Position numbers and translations under genes: made by a program. Shown piece by piece: positions 1-14,950 of a DNA stretch of 64,000 nucleotides. How positions within the stretch are numbered: the first letter of the stretch is position 1; every line of letters begins with the position of its first letter. Below the pieces are notes generated by a model. That model was not told where the DNA came from and ran no database searches. It saw only the letters and a program-made list of their open reading frames with translations. This stretch comes from the human T2T-CHM13v2.0 reference genome, Homo sapiens. The stretch is from the NCBI RefSeq assembly GCF_009914755.1, contig NC_060940.1. One strand, written 5' to 3'.

Positions 1-245
1 GAAGCCCCTTTCTAAGACAAGGCTCAGCATCTTGATATTTTTGACAGATTCCTCCCAAGTCTGGCTCTGGGAGGTATGTACCCATCTCAAATGTTCCCAA
101 GATAAATTCATCCTTCAGGAAATGGAAATGAACTTGCTTACTAATGTGTGATTCCTAGTTGTAGCCACCGGATGTGCTGAGGCCTAAATGTTAGCAGGTG
201 GGAGGAGGCCACAGAACAATAAAAACAACCAAATAAGATGCCGAG
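1..245 (+). other. WFDC1: 3' UTR end of the upstream gene (terminal exon), likely WFDC1
   Basis: Unique sequence ending in a canonical poly(A) site. The gene name is inferred from the recalled order WFDC1 then ATP2C2 (same strand, about 39 kb apart). No coding sequence is visible. Confidence 0.7.
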
Positions 246-280
246 TCTCTGGTGTTTTGTGATACTTTGTCACTGTTTAA
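218..280 (+). terminator. Polyadenylation signal AATAAA plus GU/U-rich downstream element
   Basis: AATAAA at 218-223, then ggtgttttgtgatactttgtcactgttt at 251-278; cleavage expected around 237-250. Confidence 0.8.
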
Positions 281-349
281 TTCATGGGCGGGAAGCAGCG
301 TGGGTATTGCTGGGATGAGGTGTCAGCTAGGCTCTGCTCCTGGAACCCT

Positions 350-575
350 GTGTTAGCATAGAGCCCCTGAAGCAGACCTTGGGAGGGGGATTTGTTGAAA
401 GTGATTCATTAGGGCGGTTCCTGGGAAAAACCGGCATGAGAGTGGGGAAGCGGAACAGGAGGAGACAGTCAGACGAGGGAGAGGTGACGAGGGCCCATGG
501 AGGGCACCTTTGCTGCAATCCCTCTGGGGGTCTTGGAGGAAGCCTGAGTCCCACCAGGGCTGGCTCCAGGGCTGT
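350..575 (-). mobile_element. Degenerate ERVL-type LTR fragment (LTR33/LTR16-like)
   Basis: gaagcagaccttgggagggggatttg...gagtggggaagcggaacagg resembles the LTR33-family end. Confidence 0.4.
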
Positions 576-1384
576 GCATCCAGAAGGACCCTATGCTTGG
601 TTTAATGATCTGCTGTCACCATTTAAAAACTCTTAGTCATTGTTGAACAAGGGGCCTGCTTGTTCATTTTGCAAATGATGTCGGTAGCCCTGAGCCACAC
701 TGTGGAGTCGGTCCCACTGGGGCTGGACAGCGGAACCCGAGTATGCGTAACGCTTCCAGCACCCATCAGTGGGTGGCGAGGCTGCCCCTCCCCCTAAGAG
801 AGGAGGCAGCCCACCTGCTGCCAGGGAGGGAGAGGCACAAAGGCACCCAAGGGGACATCGGCAGAGCCCCTGGGGCACCCCGGGGCTCTCCCATTAAATC
901 ATGGGTGCCCCACCTGTGCTAGACGGCTTGCTCGCACTGGCCTGGGGTTGGCTGAAGTCCCCAGGGCTCATCAGAGCTGAGGACAGAGGCCCTAAGGGAC
1001 TGTGCACCCCCAGCTAGCCACATACAGTGGAAGCAAATAATTACAAGCAGCAGAGACTCCAGGGGGCCTGGCAACGTCTGTGCATCTCTCAGATGAGGAA
1101 ACTGTGGATCTTGGAGATCTGAAAGGACCCACCCAAAGCTGTGAAGTCAGTAAGAGCCAAAACCAGGATTCCGAGCAGGCAGTCCCACCCCACACTCAGG
1201 CTCCAGACAGCCTGCTCTTCTGCTAGCCTGGCCTGTCGGAGCTGACTCCCTCCCGCCACTGAGGTGTAGAAGGGACGCCTGACAGTGTGCCATCCTGCGG
1301 AGGACTCTGGAGTGGAAGGGACTGGGCTGAGCTCATCCCTACTCCCTGGAGGGCTGCTCACTAGATGGGGTGGAGACACTAGAG

Positions 1385-1545
1385 CCTGTTCAGCCTGAGT
1401 TCCAATCCTGGGCAAGGCACTTGCCCTCTCAGAGCCTCAGTCTCCTCTTCTCTGAACTGGGTGTAATAAAAGTAGCTGGCTTTCAGAGTTCCTGTAGATA
1501 TTGCGTGAGATGCTACATAGTAAGTGCTGAGCACACAGGGATGGT
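1385..1545 (+). mobile_element. MIR SINE
   Basis: ctgggcaaggcacttgccctctcagagcctcagtctcctc MIR core. Confidence 0.7.
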
Positions 1546-1559
1546 TATAATTATTATCA

Positions 1560-1745
1560 TTAGCCGGGCACAATGCACACTAATTCTCTTAATACAAAAC
1601 CTCGTGAAAAGAGTATGAACATCCGCATTTTCCAGCTGTAGAAATTCAGCCTCAGAGAAGTTAAGCAAGTTGCCTAGGCTCAAAAAGAAAGCAAATGACA
1701 GAGATGGGCTTTGAGCCCAGAGCTTCTGATGCCCAAGACTAGACA
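1560..1745 (-). mobile_element. MIR SINE
   Basis: cagagaagttaagcaagttgcctagg...tttgagcccag reverse MIR core. Confidence 0.7.
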
Positions 1746-2247
1746 GGCTGGTCCTACCTTGTGTTGAGTCCCAACCACCAGCTGGGCGGCCCTCACAGGT
1801 TACTGAACATGCCTCAGCCTCAGGGTCCACATTTCTAAAGTGTCAACGAGAACTCCAACCTCATTATGATTATTACTGTGAACTCAGTCACGATCATATG
1901 AATGGGACTGGACTGTCAAGATGCAAATACCAAGGCAGGAAGGTGGTCGTATACTGCCAAGTGGTCAAAAATAAGACCTGCTTTCTGCTTTCAAGGAGCC
2001 CAAGTCCTTGAGGGAGTGAGAGAAATGAGAGAGTTATGATCCAGGGTGGGGAAGGCACAGATGGGAGCAGGGGCCGGAGGTGCCAAGAGAGCCCAGTGAG
2101 GGATGCTAAGCCAAGGCAGAAGGCAGGGAAGGCAGTAATCAGGGAAGACATCCTGGAGGTGGTGATGTGCTAGTTGGTCATAATATCTGAACACTTCTGG
2201 GAACGTGTGCATTTCAAGGGGAACTGCTGTCCCTGTTTGGCTTAAGG

Positions 2248-2451
2248 CAGAGGTTCTCAACCTTGGCACTATTGGTGTTTTGCGCAGGATCATTCTTTGT
2301 GGTGGGGGCTGTCCTGTGCAGTGTAGGATGTTGAGCAGCACCCCAGCGTCTACCCACTAGATGCCAGAAGCACCCTCCCCCAAGCTGGGACCACCAAAAA
2401 TGTGACTTTGCCAAAGTCCCGTGGGGTACAGTTACCCGGTGAGAACTTCTG
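2248..2451. mobile_element. MER20 (hAT-Charlie MITE)
   Basis: cagaggttctcaacc...tacccactagatgccag...gagaacttctg, with terminal inverted repeats. Confidence 0.85.
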
Positions 2452-2619
2452 GTTTAAGCCCAAAATAAGGAAGCTCGACTTTGTATCATTTCACCCGTCA
2501 GCAAGTTCTCCCGGGGCACTTTCCCTTAGGCTCACGGTAATTAACTTTTCCACTCACTCATCACTTGTTCATGCACTGACTCATGCACTCATTCTCTCAA
2601 GTAATATTCCCAGGCACTA

Positions 2620-3301
<682 letters not shown>

Positions 3302-5226
3302 GGGAAAGAGCAAGATGGCCAAATAAAAGCCCACTCCATTCATCTCCCCTGCAGGAACACCAAATTTTAGCAACTAACTACACACAGAAAGCCTCATGAC
3401 AAGAACAAAAAATCAGGTAAGCAATCACAGTACCTGGTTTTCACTTCGTGTTGCAGAAAGGGGCATGGAAGAGGCTAGGAAAGACAGTCTTGAATCGCCG
3501 GTGCCACCCCTCCTTCATCCCGCAGCAGCAGCCACGAGGCATGGGGAAATCTATGCACTTGGGAGAGGAAGACTGCAGCCATTGGGGGGCTTCACATTGA
3601 ACTCAGTGTTGCCCTGTCACAGCAGAGAGCAAAGCCGTGGTGGCTTCAGCCAGCGCCCATGCACAGAGGGAGCATTTGGACCAACCCTAGCCAGAGGGGA
3701 ATTGCCCATCCCAGTGGTCGGAACTTGAGTCTCAGCAAGCCCTGCCACCGTGGACTAAAGTGCTCTGAGGTACTAGGTAAACTTGAAAAGCTGTCTAGGA
3801 CACAAGGACTGTAATTCCTATGCAACTCCTGGTACTGGGCTGGGCTTAGAGCCAGAGGACCTGTGGGGCACATGACCTAGAGCGACACCAGGCTTCAAGG
3901 CTAAGGAAGTGCTTGAACCACCCCTCCTCCAACTCCAGGCAGCACAGTTGGCAGCAATGAAAGTGACTCCTTCCTTCTGCTCAGGGAGAGGAGAGTTAAG
4001 AAAAGAGGCCTTTTTACGTTGCATCTTGGAGTCCAGCTCAGCCACAGTTGGAGAGGGCACTGGGCAGAGTCATGAGGCCCCCATTTCAGGCCCTAGCTCA
4101 TGGGTGACATTTCTAGGTATACCCTGGGCTAGAAGGGAACCCACTGCCTTGAAGAGAAGGACCTAGTCCTGGCAGGATTCATCACCTGCTCACTAAAGAG
4201 CTCTCAGATCCTGAATAACCAACAGTGATCCCCAGGTAATATGCTGTGGGCCTTGGGCCCTGAGAGGTGCTGGTGTCAGGTGTGACCAGTACATTCCCAG
4301 CTGTGGTGGCTATAGGGAGAGACCCCTTCTGTTTGAGAAAAGTGGAAGGAAAAGTAACGGGGACTTTGTCTTGCACATTAGGTACCAGTTTGGCCACGGT
4401 GGGATAGAGCACCAAGCAGGCCCTTAGGGTCTCTGAGTCCAGGCCTAGGCTCTTGGACAGCATTTCTGGACCTGCCCTGGGCCAGAGGGGAGCCCAGTGC
4501 CCTGAAGGGTGAGTCCCAGGCCTGGCAGCATTCATTACAAGCTGACGGAAGAGCCCTTGGGCTTTAAGTGAACACCAGCAATGGCCTGGCAGAACCCCCG
4601 ACCATGGGCCAGTGGTGACAGTGGCCACAGGGAGAGGCTCCTTTGCCTGTGGAAAGGGGAGGAAAGAGCAGGAAGGACTTTGTCCTGTGGTTTGAGTGCC
4701 AGCTTAGCCAGAGCAGAATAGAACACCAGGTAAACGTTTAAGACTGTAATTCCTGGCTCTGAGGCAGCATCTCTGGGCCTATCCAGGGCCTGAGGGAACT
4801 CATTGCCCTGAAGGGAGAGACACAAACCTTGCTGGCTTCACCACCTGCTGATCATAGAGCCCTAGGGCCTTGAGTGAACATAGGTGGTAGCCAGGTAGTG
4901 GTTACAGTGGGCCTTGGGCAAGACCCAGTGCTGTACTGCCTTCAGGTCTGAACCAGTGCAGTCCCAGTGGTGGTGGCTGCAGGGATGCTTATGTCCCCCA
5001 ATCCCAGTTCCAGGTGGCTCAGCACAGATACAGAGACTCCATTTGTTTGGGAGAAAGAAAGATAAAAGAATAAGAATTGCTGCTGGTAATCCAGATAATT
5101 CTTCCAGTTCTTATCTAAGACCACCAAGGCTGTACTTCTATGAGTCTGCAAGAACCACAGTGTTACTGAGTTTGTGGCCCTAAGTCCCTTCAAACACCTG
5201 GAAAGTCTTCCCGAGAAGGACAGGCA

Positions 5227-5515
5227 GCCCAGGCCCAGTGGCTCACACTTGTAATCCTAGCACTTTGGGAGGCCAAGGCAGGCAGATTGCTTGAGCCCAG
5301 GAGTTCGAGCCTTGGCAACATGGCAAAACCCTGCCTCTACAAAACATACAAAAAGTAGTAGGGTGTGGTGGCATGCACCTGTAGTCCCACCTACTTGGGA
5401 GGCTGAGGCAGGAGGATGGCTTGATCCCCGAGGTCAAGCCTGCAGTGAGCTGTGATCACACCGCTGTACTCCAGACTGGGCAACAGAGTGAGACCCTGTC
5501 TGGAAAAAAAAAAAA
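5227..5515 (+). mobile_element. AluJ in L1 5'UTR
   Basis: gattgcttgagcccaggagttc AluJ diagnostic; flanking gaaggacagg duplication. Confidence 0.9.
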
Positions 5516-5771
5516 TATGAAGAGGAAGAAGGACAGGTACAAACAAGCCCAGACTGTGAAGACTGTAATAAATACCTAATTCTCCAATGCCCAGACACCA
5601 ACAAACATCTACAAGAATCAACACCAACAAGGAAAATATGACCTCACCAAATGAACCATAATAAGGCATGAGGGACTAATTCTGACACCTCACCATAAAT
5701 AAGGCACGAGGGATCAATTCTGGATAAACAGAGGTACGTGATCTCTTTCAGATGGAGAATTCAAGATAGCT

Positions 5772-6110
5772 GTGTTGAGGAAGCTCAAAGAAATTCAAGA
5801 TAACGCAGATAAGGAATTCAGAATTCTATCAGATAAATTTAACAAAGGGATTGAAATTATTAAAAAGAATCAAGCAAAAATTCTAGAGTTGAAAAATGCA
5901 ATTGACATACTGAAGAATGCATCAGAGTCTCTTAATAACAGAATTGATCGAGCAGAGGAAAGAATTAGTGAGCTTAAAGACAGACTATTTGAAAATACAC
6001 AGTCAGAGGACAGAAGAAGAAATAATAAAAAAGAATGAAGCATGGCCTACAGGATCTAGATAATAGTCGCAAAAGGGCAAATCTAAGAGTTATTGGCCTT
6101 AAAGAGGAGG
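5772..6110 (+). pseudogene. L1 ORF1p fragment (coiled coil), disabled
   Basis: LRKLKEIQDN...EERISELKDRLFENTQSE; frameshifted and truncated. Confidence 0.85.
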
Positions 6111-6533
6111 TAAGTGCCTACATCAAAAAAGAATAAAAACTTCAAATAAATAACATAACAATGCATCTTAAAGAACTAGAAAAGCAAGAGCAAACCAAAC
6201 CCAAAGTTAGGAGAAGAAAAGAAATCATAAAAGCCAGAGCAGAAATAAATGAATTTGAAATGAAGAAAACAATACAAAAGATCAACAAAGCAAAAAGTTC
6301 ATTTTTTGAAAAGACAGATAAAATTGACAAGCCTTTACCCAGACTAAGAAAAAAAAAAATAGAAGACCAAAATAAACAAAATGAGAGATTTAAAAGGAGG
6401 CATTCAACTGATACTGCAGAAATTCAAAGAATCATCAGTGGCTACTATGAGCAACTGTATGCCAACCAATTGGAAAATCTAGAGGAAATGGATAAATTCC
6501 TACACATATAGAACCTAGCAAGATTGAACCGTG

Positions 6534-6825
6534 AGTTGGGTGCAGTGGCTGATGCCTGTAATCCCAGCACTTTGGGAAGCCAAGACAGGTGGATAACCTG
6601 AGGTCAAGAGTTCAAGACCAGCCTGGGCAACATCTTGAAACCCTAGCTCTACTAAAAATACCAAAATTAGCCAGGCATGGAAGCATGTGACTGTAATCCC
6701 AGCTACTCTGGAGGCTGAGGCACAATAATCGCTTGAACCGGGAGGTGGAGTTTGTAGTGAGCCGGGATCACGCCATTGCACTCCAGCCTGGGCAACAGAA
6801 CAAGACTCTGTTTAAAAAAAAAAAC
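6534..6825 (+). mobile_element. Alu in L1 ORF2
   Basis: Dimeric Alu; TSD aagattgaaccgtga/aagattgagccatga. Confidence 0.9.
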
Positions 6826-6856
6826 AAAGATTGAGCCATGAAAAAATCCAAAACCT

Positions 6857-7594
<738 letters not shown>

Positions 7595-8332
7595 CTAATT
7601 CCAATCCTGCTCAAACCACTGTGAAAAATAGAGAAGGGACTACTTCCAAACTCATTCTACAAGGCTAGTATTACCTTGATATCAAAACCAGACAAAGACA
7701 CATTAAAAAAAACTATAGGCCAATATCTCTGATAAATATTGATGCAAAAATCCTCAACAAAATACTAGGAAATTGAACAGCATATTAAAAAGATCATTCA
7801 TCATGACCAAGTGGGTTTTATCCCAGGGATGCAAGGATGGTTCAACATCCTCAAATCAATTAATGTGATACATCATATCAACAGAATGAAGGACAAAAAC
7901 CATATGATCATTTCCATTGATGCTGAAAAAACATTTGATAAAACACAACATCTTTTCATAATAAAAACCCTCAAAAAACTGGATATAGAAGAAACATATC
8001 TCAACATAATAAAAGCCATGCATGACAGACCCATAGCTAGTGTCACTAAATGGGGAAAAACTGAAAGCCGTTCCTCAAAGATCTGGAACATGATGAAGAG
8101 GCCCACTTTCACCACTGCTATTCAACACAGTTCTGAAAGTTCCGGCTACAGCAGTCAGACGAGAGAGAAAAAGGGCATCCAAACTAGAAAGAAAGAAGTC
8201 AAATTATACGTTTTTGCAGACGATATGATCTTATATTTGGAAAAACCTAAAGACTCCACCAAAAAACTATTGGAACTGATAAATAAATTCAGTAAAGTTT
8301 CAGGATACAAAATCAACATTCAAAAATCAGTA

Positions 8333-8641
8333 GTTTTTTTCTTTTTTTTGAGACGGAGTCTCGCTGTGTCGCCAGGCTGGAGTGCGGTGGCATGATCTGG
8401 GCTCACTGCAACCTCCGCCTCCAGGTTCAAGCAATTCTCCTGCCTCAGCCTCCTGAGTAACTGGGACTACAAGCACACGCTGCCACACCCGGCTAATATA
8501 TATATATATTTTTTGTATTTTAGTAGAGACAGTGTTTCACCATGTTGCCCAGACTGGTCGCGAACTCCTGAACTCAGGCAATCCGCCTGCCTCGGCCTCC
8601 CAAAGTGCTAGGAGTAGAGGCGTGAGCCACGGTGCCTGGCC
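8333..8641 (-). mobile_element. Alu (reverse)
   Basis: Poly-T then gagacggagtctcgc...cctggcc. Confidence 0.9.
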
Positions 8642-8741
8642 TAAAATCCATAGTATTTCTATACACCAAAATGAACAATCTGAAAAAGAAATCAGGAAAG
8701 TAATCCCGCTTACAATAGCTAAAATTAAATACCTAGGAATA

Positions 8742-9096
<355 letters not shown>

Positions 9097-9526
9097 TTAA
9101 ATCACTGATGCAAGAAATGGAAATGGACCCACCAAAAAGAGAAAGATATTCCACGTTCGTGGATTGGAAGAGTCAATGTTAAAATGTCCAAAGTATCCAA
9201 AGCAATCTACAGATTTATGCAATCCCTATCAAAATACCGATGACATTCTTCATAGAAATAAAAAAAAATCCTAAAATTATATGGAACCACAAAAGACCTA
9301 GAATAGCCAAAGCTATCCTGAGCAAAAAGAAAAAAACTGGAAGAATCACTTTACCTGACTTCATATCATACTACAGAGCCATAGTAACCAAAACAACGTG
9401 GTACTAGCATAAAAATAGACACATAGACCAATGGAACAGAATAGAGAACCCGGAAACAAATCCATACCCCTACAGTGAACTCATTTTGTTTCCACATGTA
9501 CCCATAAAAAGTTTAAATTAAAAAAA

Positions 9527-9615
9527 TTAACTCTAATATTTTTTAAGGTGAAAGCATTATAATATCAGACTGGTTAGTTGTGCTTTTTCTTTTAATTGTG
9601 TATAAAGTTGCACAT
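9527..9615 (+). mobile_element. Tc2/Kanga-like transposon, right part
   Basis: aaagcattata...tgctttttcttttaattgtgtataaa continues the recalled Kanga consensus interrupted at about 3301. Confidence 0.45.
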
Positions 9616-10728
9616 GAGTTGTGGTGTCTGCTGCCTGTCGCTGTTCCAGCCTGGAACAGCCTAGAAACCGCCCCTGCTGCCTATAGTCTAGTGGGACACA
9701 GTACATGGAGAAGCAGGGATTTGAACCATGGCCTGCTGATTCCCAGGGGCTCTCCCCTTCATCATGCTGCCCCTGGGATGGCTAAAGAGCCTCCCTTCCC
9801 TCCTCCCTGGCCTTTCCTGCTTCCTCCCTGCACGGGAGGAGAGACACAGATGGATCAGTGATCGCAGGCAGATGGTGTGTGCCTGGCCCGTCTGGGAAGC
9901 AGCTGTATGTTTTTGGCTTTGAACCTAGTACAGTTTCCCCTTGAGATCCTCCCTTGGACCTGACTGTTTTGGAGACAGATGACAGTGTCTCTCTCCTGAG
10001 CTGAAATCTGAGCAGACACCCGGCTGCCTCAGGTTGTTGGAGTGCTCTGGACTGGAGCTGAGTTCCATGGTGGCCCTACTGGTCCTTAGCTGCGTATCCC
10101 TGGACAAAGAGCTTAGCCACCCTGATCCTCAGTTTCCACTGCTTTGAAACGGGGGTAACATCTGCCGTGCCTTCCATAGGACCAGATGAGATGAGGGTGT
10201 GAAAACGGTCAGGAAACTTACAAGGCTGGGAGGCAAAGAAACACAGAAGGGTCACTGAAGACCCCAGCCAGGGACTCAAAGGCGCTGAGAGGCTGGATGA
10301 CCACTGCACTTTGGTGACGATGACAGAAACCCAGCGGGAACCAGTCGGGGCAGATGGGGCCACGTGATGAGCCGTGTGAAGGAGTGGCGAGGGGCTGTGG
10401 CCCTGGGCTGATGGGGTTCAAGACCTGGCTCTGAAAGAAGAACAAATTTGTTCCCTTTTATTGCCATTAATTGTCAAAGTCAAATTGTATTTTATACTAA
10501 GGTCATTTGGCTGGATTTTTTTCTTTAAAGAATTTTTTTAAAAAAACTTCTTGCTTTGAAATTCTGATAAATTTACAAGACATGCAAAGAAATATACAGG
10601 GAGGTCCTGGTCCCTCCACCCCTCCTCCCCCATGGTAACATCTCACACGGTTACGACATGACATCAAAACCGGGAAGGTGACGCTGGCAATCTCCATGGA
10701 GCATACTCATCTGTGTCCCACTCTGCAC

Positions 10729-10775
10729 GGGTGTGTGTGTGCGTGCGTGTGTGTGTGTCTTTGCACGTGTGTGTA
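10729..10775. repeat. (GT)n/(GC) alternating microsatellite
   Basis: gtgtgtgtgtgcgtgcgtgtgtgtgtgt. Confidence 0.9.
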
Positions 10776-11372
10776 GCTCTGTGATCTTGCTGCATGAGCA
10801 ACCATCACCATCAAAAGATCCTGACTGCACTGTCACCTCCTCCTCACTAGGTGGTTTTATTACCCACGTGTGGATGGAATATGAGGAAGACGGGAGTATG
10901 TGGCAATCTCCCCACGGCCTCACAGCTGGAAACTGGCGGGGCAGGTTGTTGGGACATCAGAGCCCCACCTCCCGTTCTCCCACTCTTCCAGGAACAGAAG
11001 GAGGCCAGCCCCACTTCTCTGAATCCCTGTCTGGAGTTTTCTCTCTTGCAGCACAAGTTCTCCTGTATTGAGGAAGCAATTTCTCAGTTGCGGCCACCTC
11101 TCTAACCACCTGGGGACGGTTCCACAGCCACAGGGAGCAGGGGTGGCCAGAGGCTGAGAGGACTCTGTCCCTCCTGACAGCAAACAGGGTCTCAAAGCAT
11201 GGCTGCGGGATGGGCCCCTGGGTGCTTTGGGTCCCCACTGCAAGACGGGGCACCGGGACGCTGGAAACTAGTGGGCAAGCCTGTGGGCCCCTCCAGGCCT
11301 GCTGGAGACAAAGCACCTCCCGCCATCCAAGGACCCTGAAAGCAGCTTTTTCCGTAAGGGCAAACTTAACTA

Positions 11373-11696
<324 letters not shown>

Positions 11697-12261
11697 CCCT
11701 TTGGACTTTGGTTATTCGGATGTGGCCACATTCCCTCCCAGGTTGCTTTCCATCTGAGTTGCCAGTATAAGCTCGCACCCTGAGCCTTTTTTCTAGAACA
11801 TTCTCACAGATATCAGTAAGTTGGTCCAAAGAGAAGGCAGGTGGGTTCATTTCAGGTGACTGTCTTTCAGGACAAACCTGATCTTACAGCCCCCACAGAG
11901 GTTCTTCCCGTGCAGACACCTGGAGTAGGAGCCTGAGTGAAAAGGAGCCCAGCCCCCAAAACATCCTTCCTGCAGGCCCCTGTGAGCTGCCTGAAGTTCC
12001 ACCATTACAGAACCATCTTTTGTTGACAGCTGCGAGGCCTGTTAGACTGTGGACTTCTCTGGGAGAGGCTGCTGTAATCTAAGCCGTTAGGGAATCCCGC
12101 CCTTCAGTTTACGTTCTGGAGTGAAGCCACACAGGTGCGTCGCTGATCATGGCCACCGAGGTAAGAGGTAGGAGAGGGTCATACTGGGATCTGGGCCTCC
12201 AGTCGAGATGAGGAGTCAGGGCGGCCTTCCCAGAGGAGGCAACGTTTGAGCAAAGTTTCTG

Positions 12262-12765
12262 AGTATGAGTTTCTGTGGCTGCTGTTAACAAATGCCCACA
12301 CACCAAGTGGTTTGAAACAACAGTCATGCATTCACACTGTTCTGGAGGCCAGAAAGCCAAAACCAAGGTGTTGACACGGCTGGGTCATTCCGGAGGCTCT
12401 AAGGGAGAATCCAACCCGTGCCTCTCTCCGGGCTTCGAGGGAGAATCTGCCCGGCGCCTCTCTCCCGGCTTCCGATGGCAGCCGGCCATTTCAGTACTCC
12501 CGGCCTTGAGGATGTGCCTCTCCCATCTCTGCAGCGTCTTCCCGTGGCCTTTGCCTCTGTCTCCGTGTCCCAGATTTCCCTCTGATTTCTCTTTGAAGGA
12601 CACCTGTCATTGGATTTAGGGCCCTCTTAAGTCCAGGATAATCTCCTCTTGAGACCTTTAACTTCATCCCATCTGCAAAGTCCCTGTTTCCAAATGAGGT
12701 CACATCCGCAGGTTCTGGGGGTTAGGACATGGGCATTCTGGGGAGACATCATTGAACCCCCAGCA
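12262..12765 (-). mobile_element. MaLR LTR (MLT1B/C-like)
   Basis: gttctggaggccagaa...cattggatttagggccc...ttccaaatgaggtcacat. Confidence 0.8.
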
Positions 12766-12977
12766 GGGAGCAAGCGGCTAGGTCAGGAGAGGGAAGAGGG
12801 GTAAAGGCATTCCAGGCAGAGGGAAGAACATTGAAAAAGGCATGGAGCAGAGAAGTTCAAGGACCTCCAAGCAGGTGGGCATGGCCAGGGAAAGGGGGCA
12901 CCCAAGAGTGAGAGGATGTGGGGCTAGAAAGCTAAGCAGGTGCCAGCCGGTTCACACTCTGAGTTTGAACTTGACCC

Positions 12978-13425
12978 TGTTGACCTAAAGGAAAAAAAAA
13001 AAAAACAACGGAGGAAAGAATGACTTAATTACTTAGTTAAATTAAGTAGAGAGTTTATTTGGGCCAAGCTTGAGGATTTCAACCTGAGAGTATGGACTCA
13101 AGCTGCTCTGAATATAAAGTCCACTCAGCAGCAGTTACAAGTAGGTTTTTAAAGGAAAAAAGGAAAGGCAGTTCCCAAGCTGTTTACCAAGAATTTATAT
13201 GAAAATAATAGAAACTATTGCTTGGCTAGGCATTGTTCTTTGTGTCACAAATTCCCAGAACATGAAGATAGCGGGTGAGGCAGCAAGTCAGGAACAAAAT
13301 GCCTTTAACTACCCCTAGGCCTGGGGGTGACGGCACGACTGAGGTCCCACACTCTCGTCTTTCCGAGCCTGATGAATTCTGCACATCCCAGGAAGCTCAG
13401 ACTCCAAGCCATTTCTTTTTTCTCA
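12978..13425 (-). mobile_element. ERV1/MER4-group solo LTR (MER65-like)
   Basis: TG...CA termini (tgttgacctaaagg...tttctca); agagagtttatttgggccaagcttgagg contains the reversed AATAAA. Confidence 0.65.
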
Positions 13426-13830
13426 CCCCTGAAAATAATGTGGAGATGCTGAAAGTTTTACCTGGGTCATTATGTCACCGACTCTCCCCACACCCCTGAG
13501 AGGTGGGAATTATGGCCCCATTCACAAATGGAGACTGAGGCCCAGGGAGGTGAAGTCACTTGCCCAAGAGCGGATCCTTGGAGAAATGGCAGGGGTGGGA
13601 TTGGAGCTCAGGCCTCATCTAACTGCATGAGTGGGAAGATGGAGGCAGCAGGGTTCTGGGTGTCTGTGGCAGGCAGAGGTGGGTTATCCAGGAGAAAGGA
13701 AGGAAGCAAGGCTTTTGGGACTGGGTGCCAGGCCCACCGTCCCATCACGCTGGGCCCGGGGTCCTCATGGTCTTCGTATGAGACCCACCTCCTTGGCTAC
13801 AGCTGATTGGTCCAGAAACATGTCACCTGA

Positions 13831-14477
<647 letters not shown>

Positions 14478-14835
14478 TTCTCTTGAGTCTTTGATGCTAG
14501 AAGGTGATGCACAGGGCAAGTGATTTAGAGCCTGGCTCCGGACTGAGGCATTCAGCGGCGTGGGTTCAGGCAGCTTCTTTTACCACTTCTCTGTGAACCT
14601 CTCTGTGTTGCTTCCATTTCCTTCTCTGGAAGTGAGAAAGATGAAACCAGCACTTTCCTCCCGGCCTATGGTGGAACTAAGTGATACTTAGTGTTCCGCT
14701 TATGGAGGAAATGGTGACACTTCCTGATGTAGGTTTGGCACTCGGAAAGCGCTGGGCAAAACTTAGTCCTAACCTGGTGGCTGTCTGAACAGAGAGGATG
14801 GAACTTGGAGCTCCTGCCTTTAATCTTTGATATGA

Positions 14836-14950
14836 GGGGGAGGGGGAGAGAGAAAGAGACAGAGAAACCAAGAGAGGAGGAGGAAGAGGAGAGAGAAAGA
14901 GACCCACAGACAGGGAGCGGGGGAGAGGAGAGAGACAGAGAAAGAAAAGC
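14836..14950. repeat. GA-rich polypurine tract
   Basis: ggggagggggagagagaaagagacagag... Confidence 0.8.

Noticed and set aside
7811-8395. 194-aa reverse-transcriptase-like ORF as an active RT gene
   Set aside because: Frameshifted L1 ORF2 fragment running into an Alu; the EN domain is deleted.
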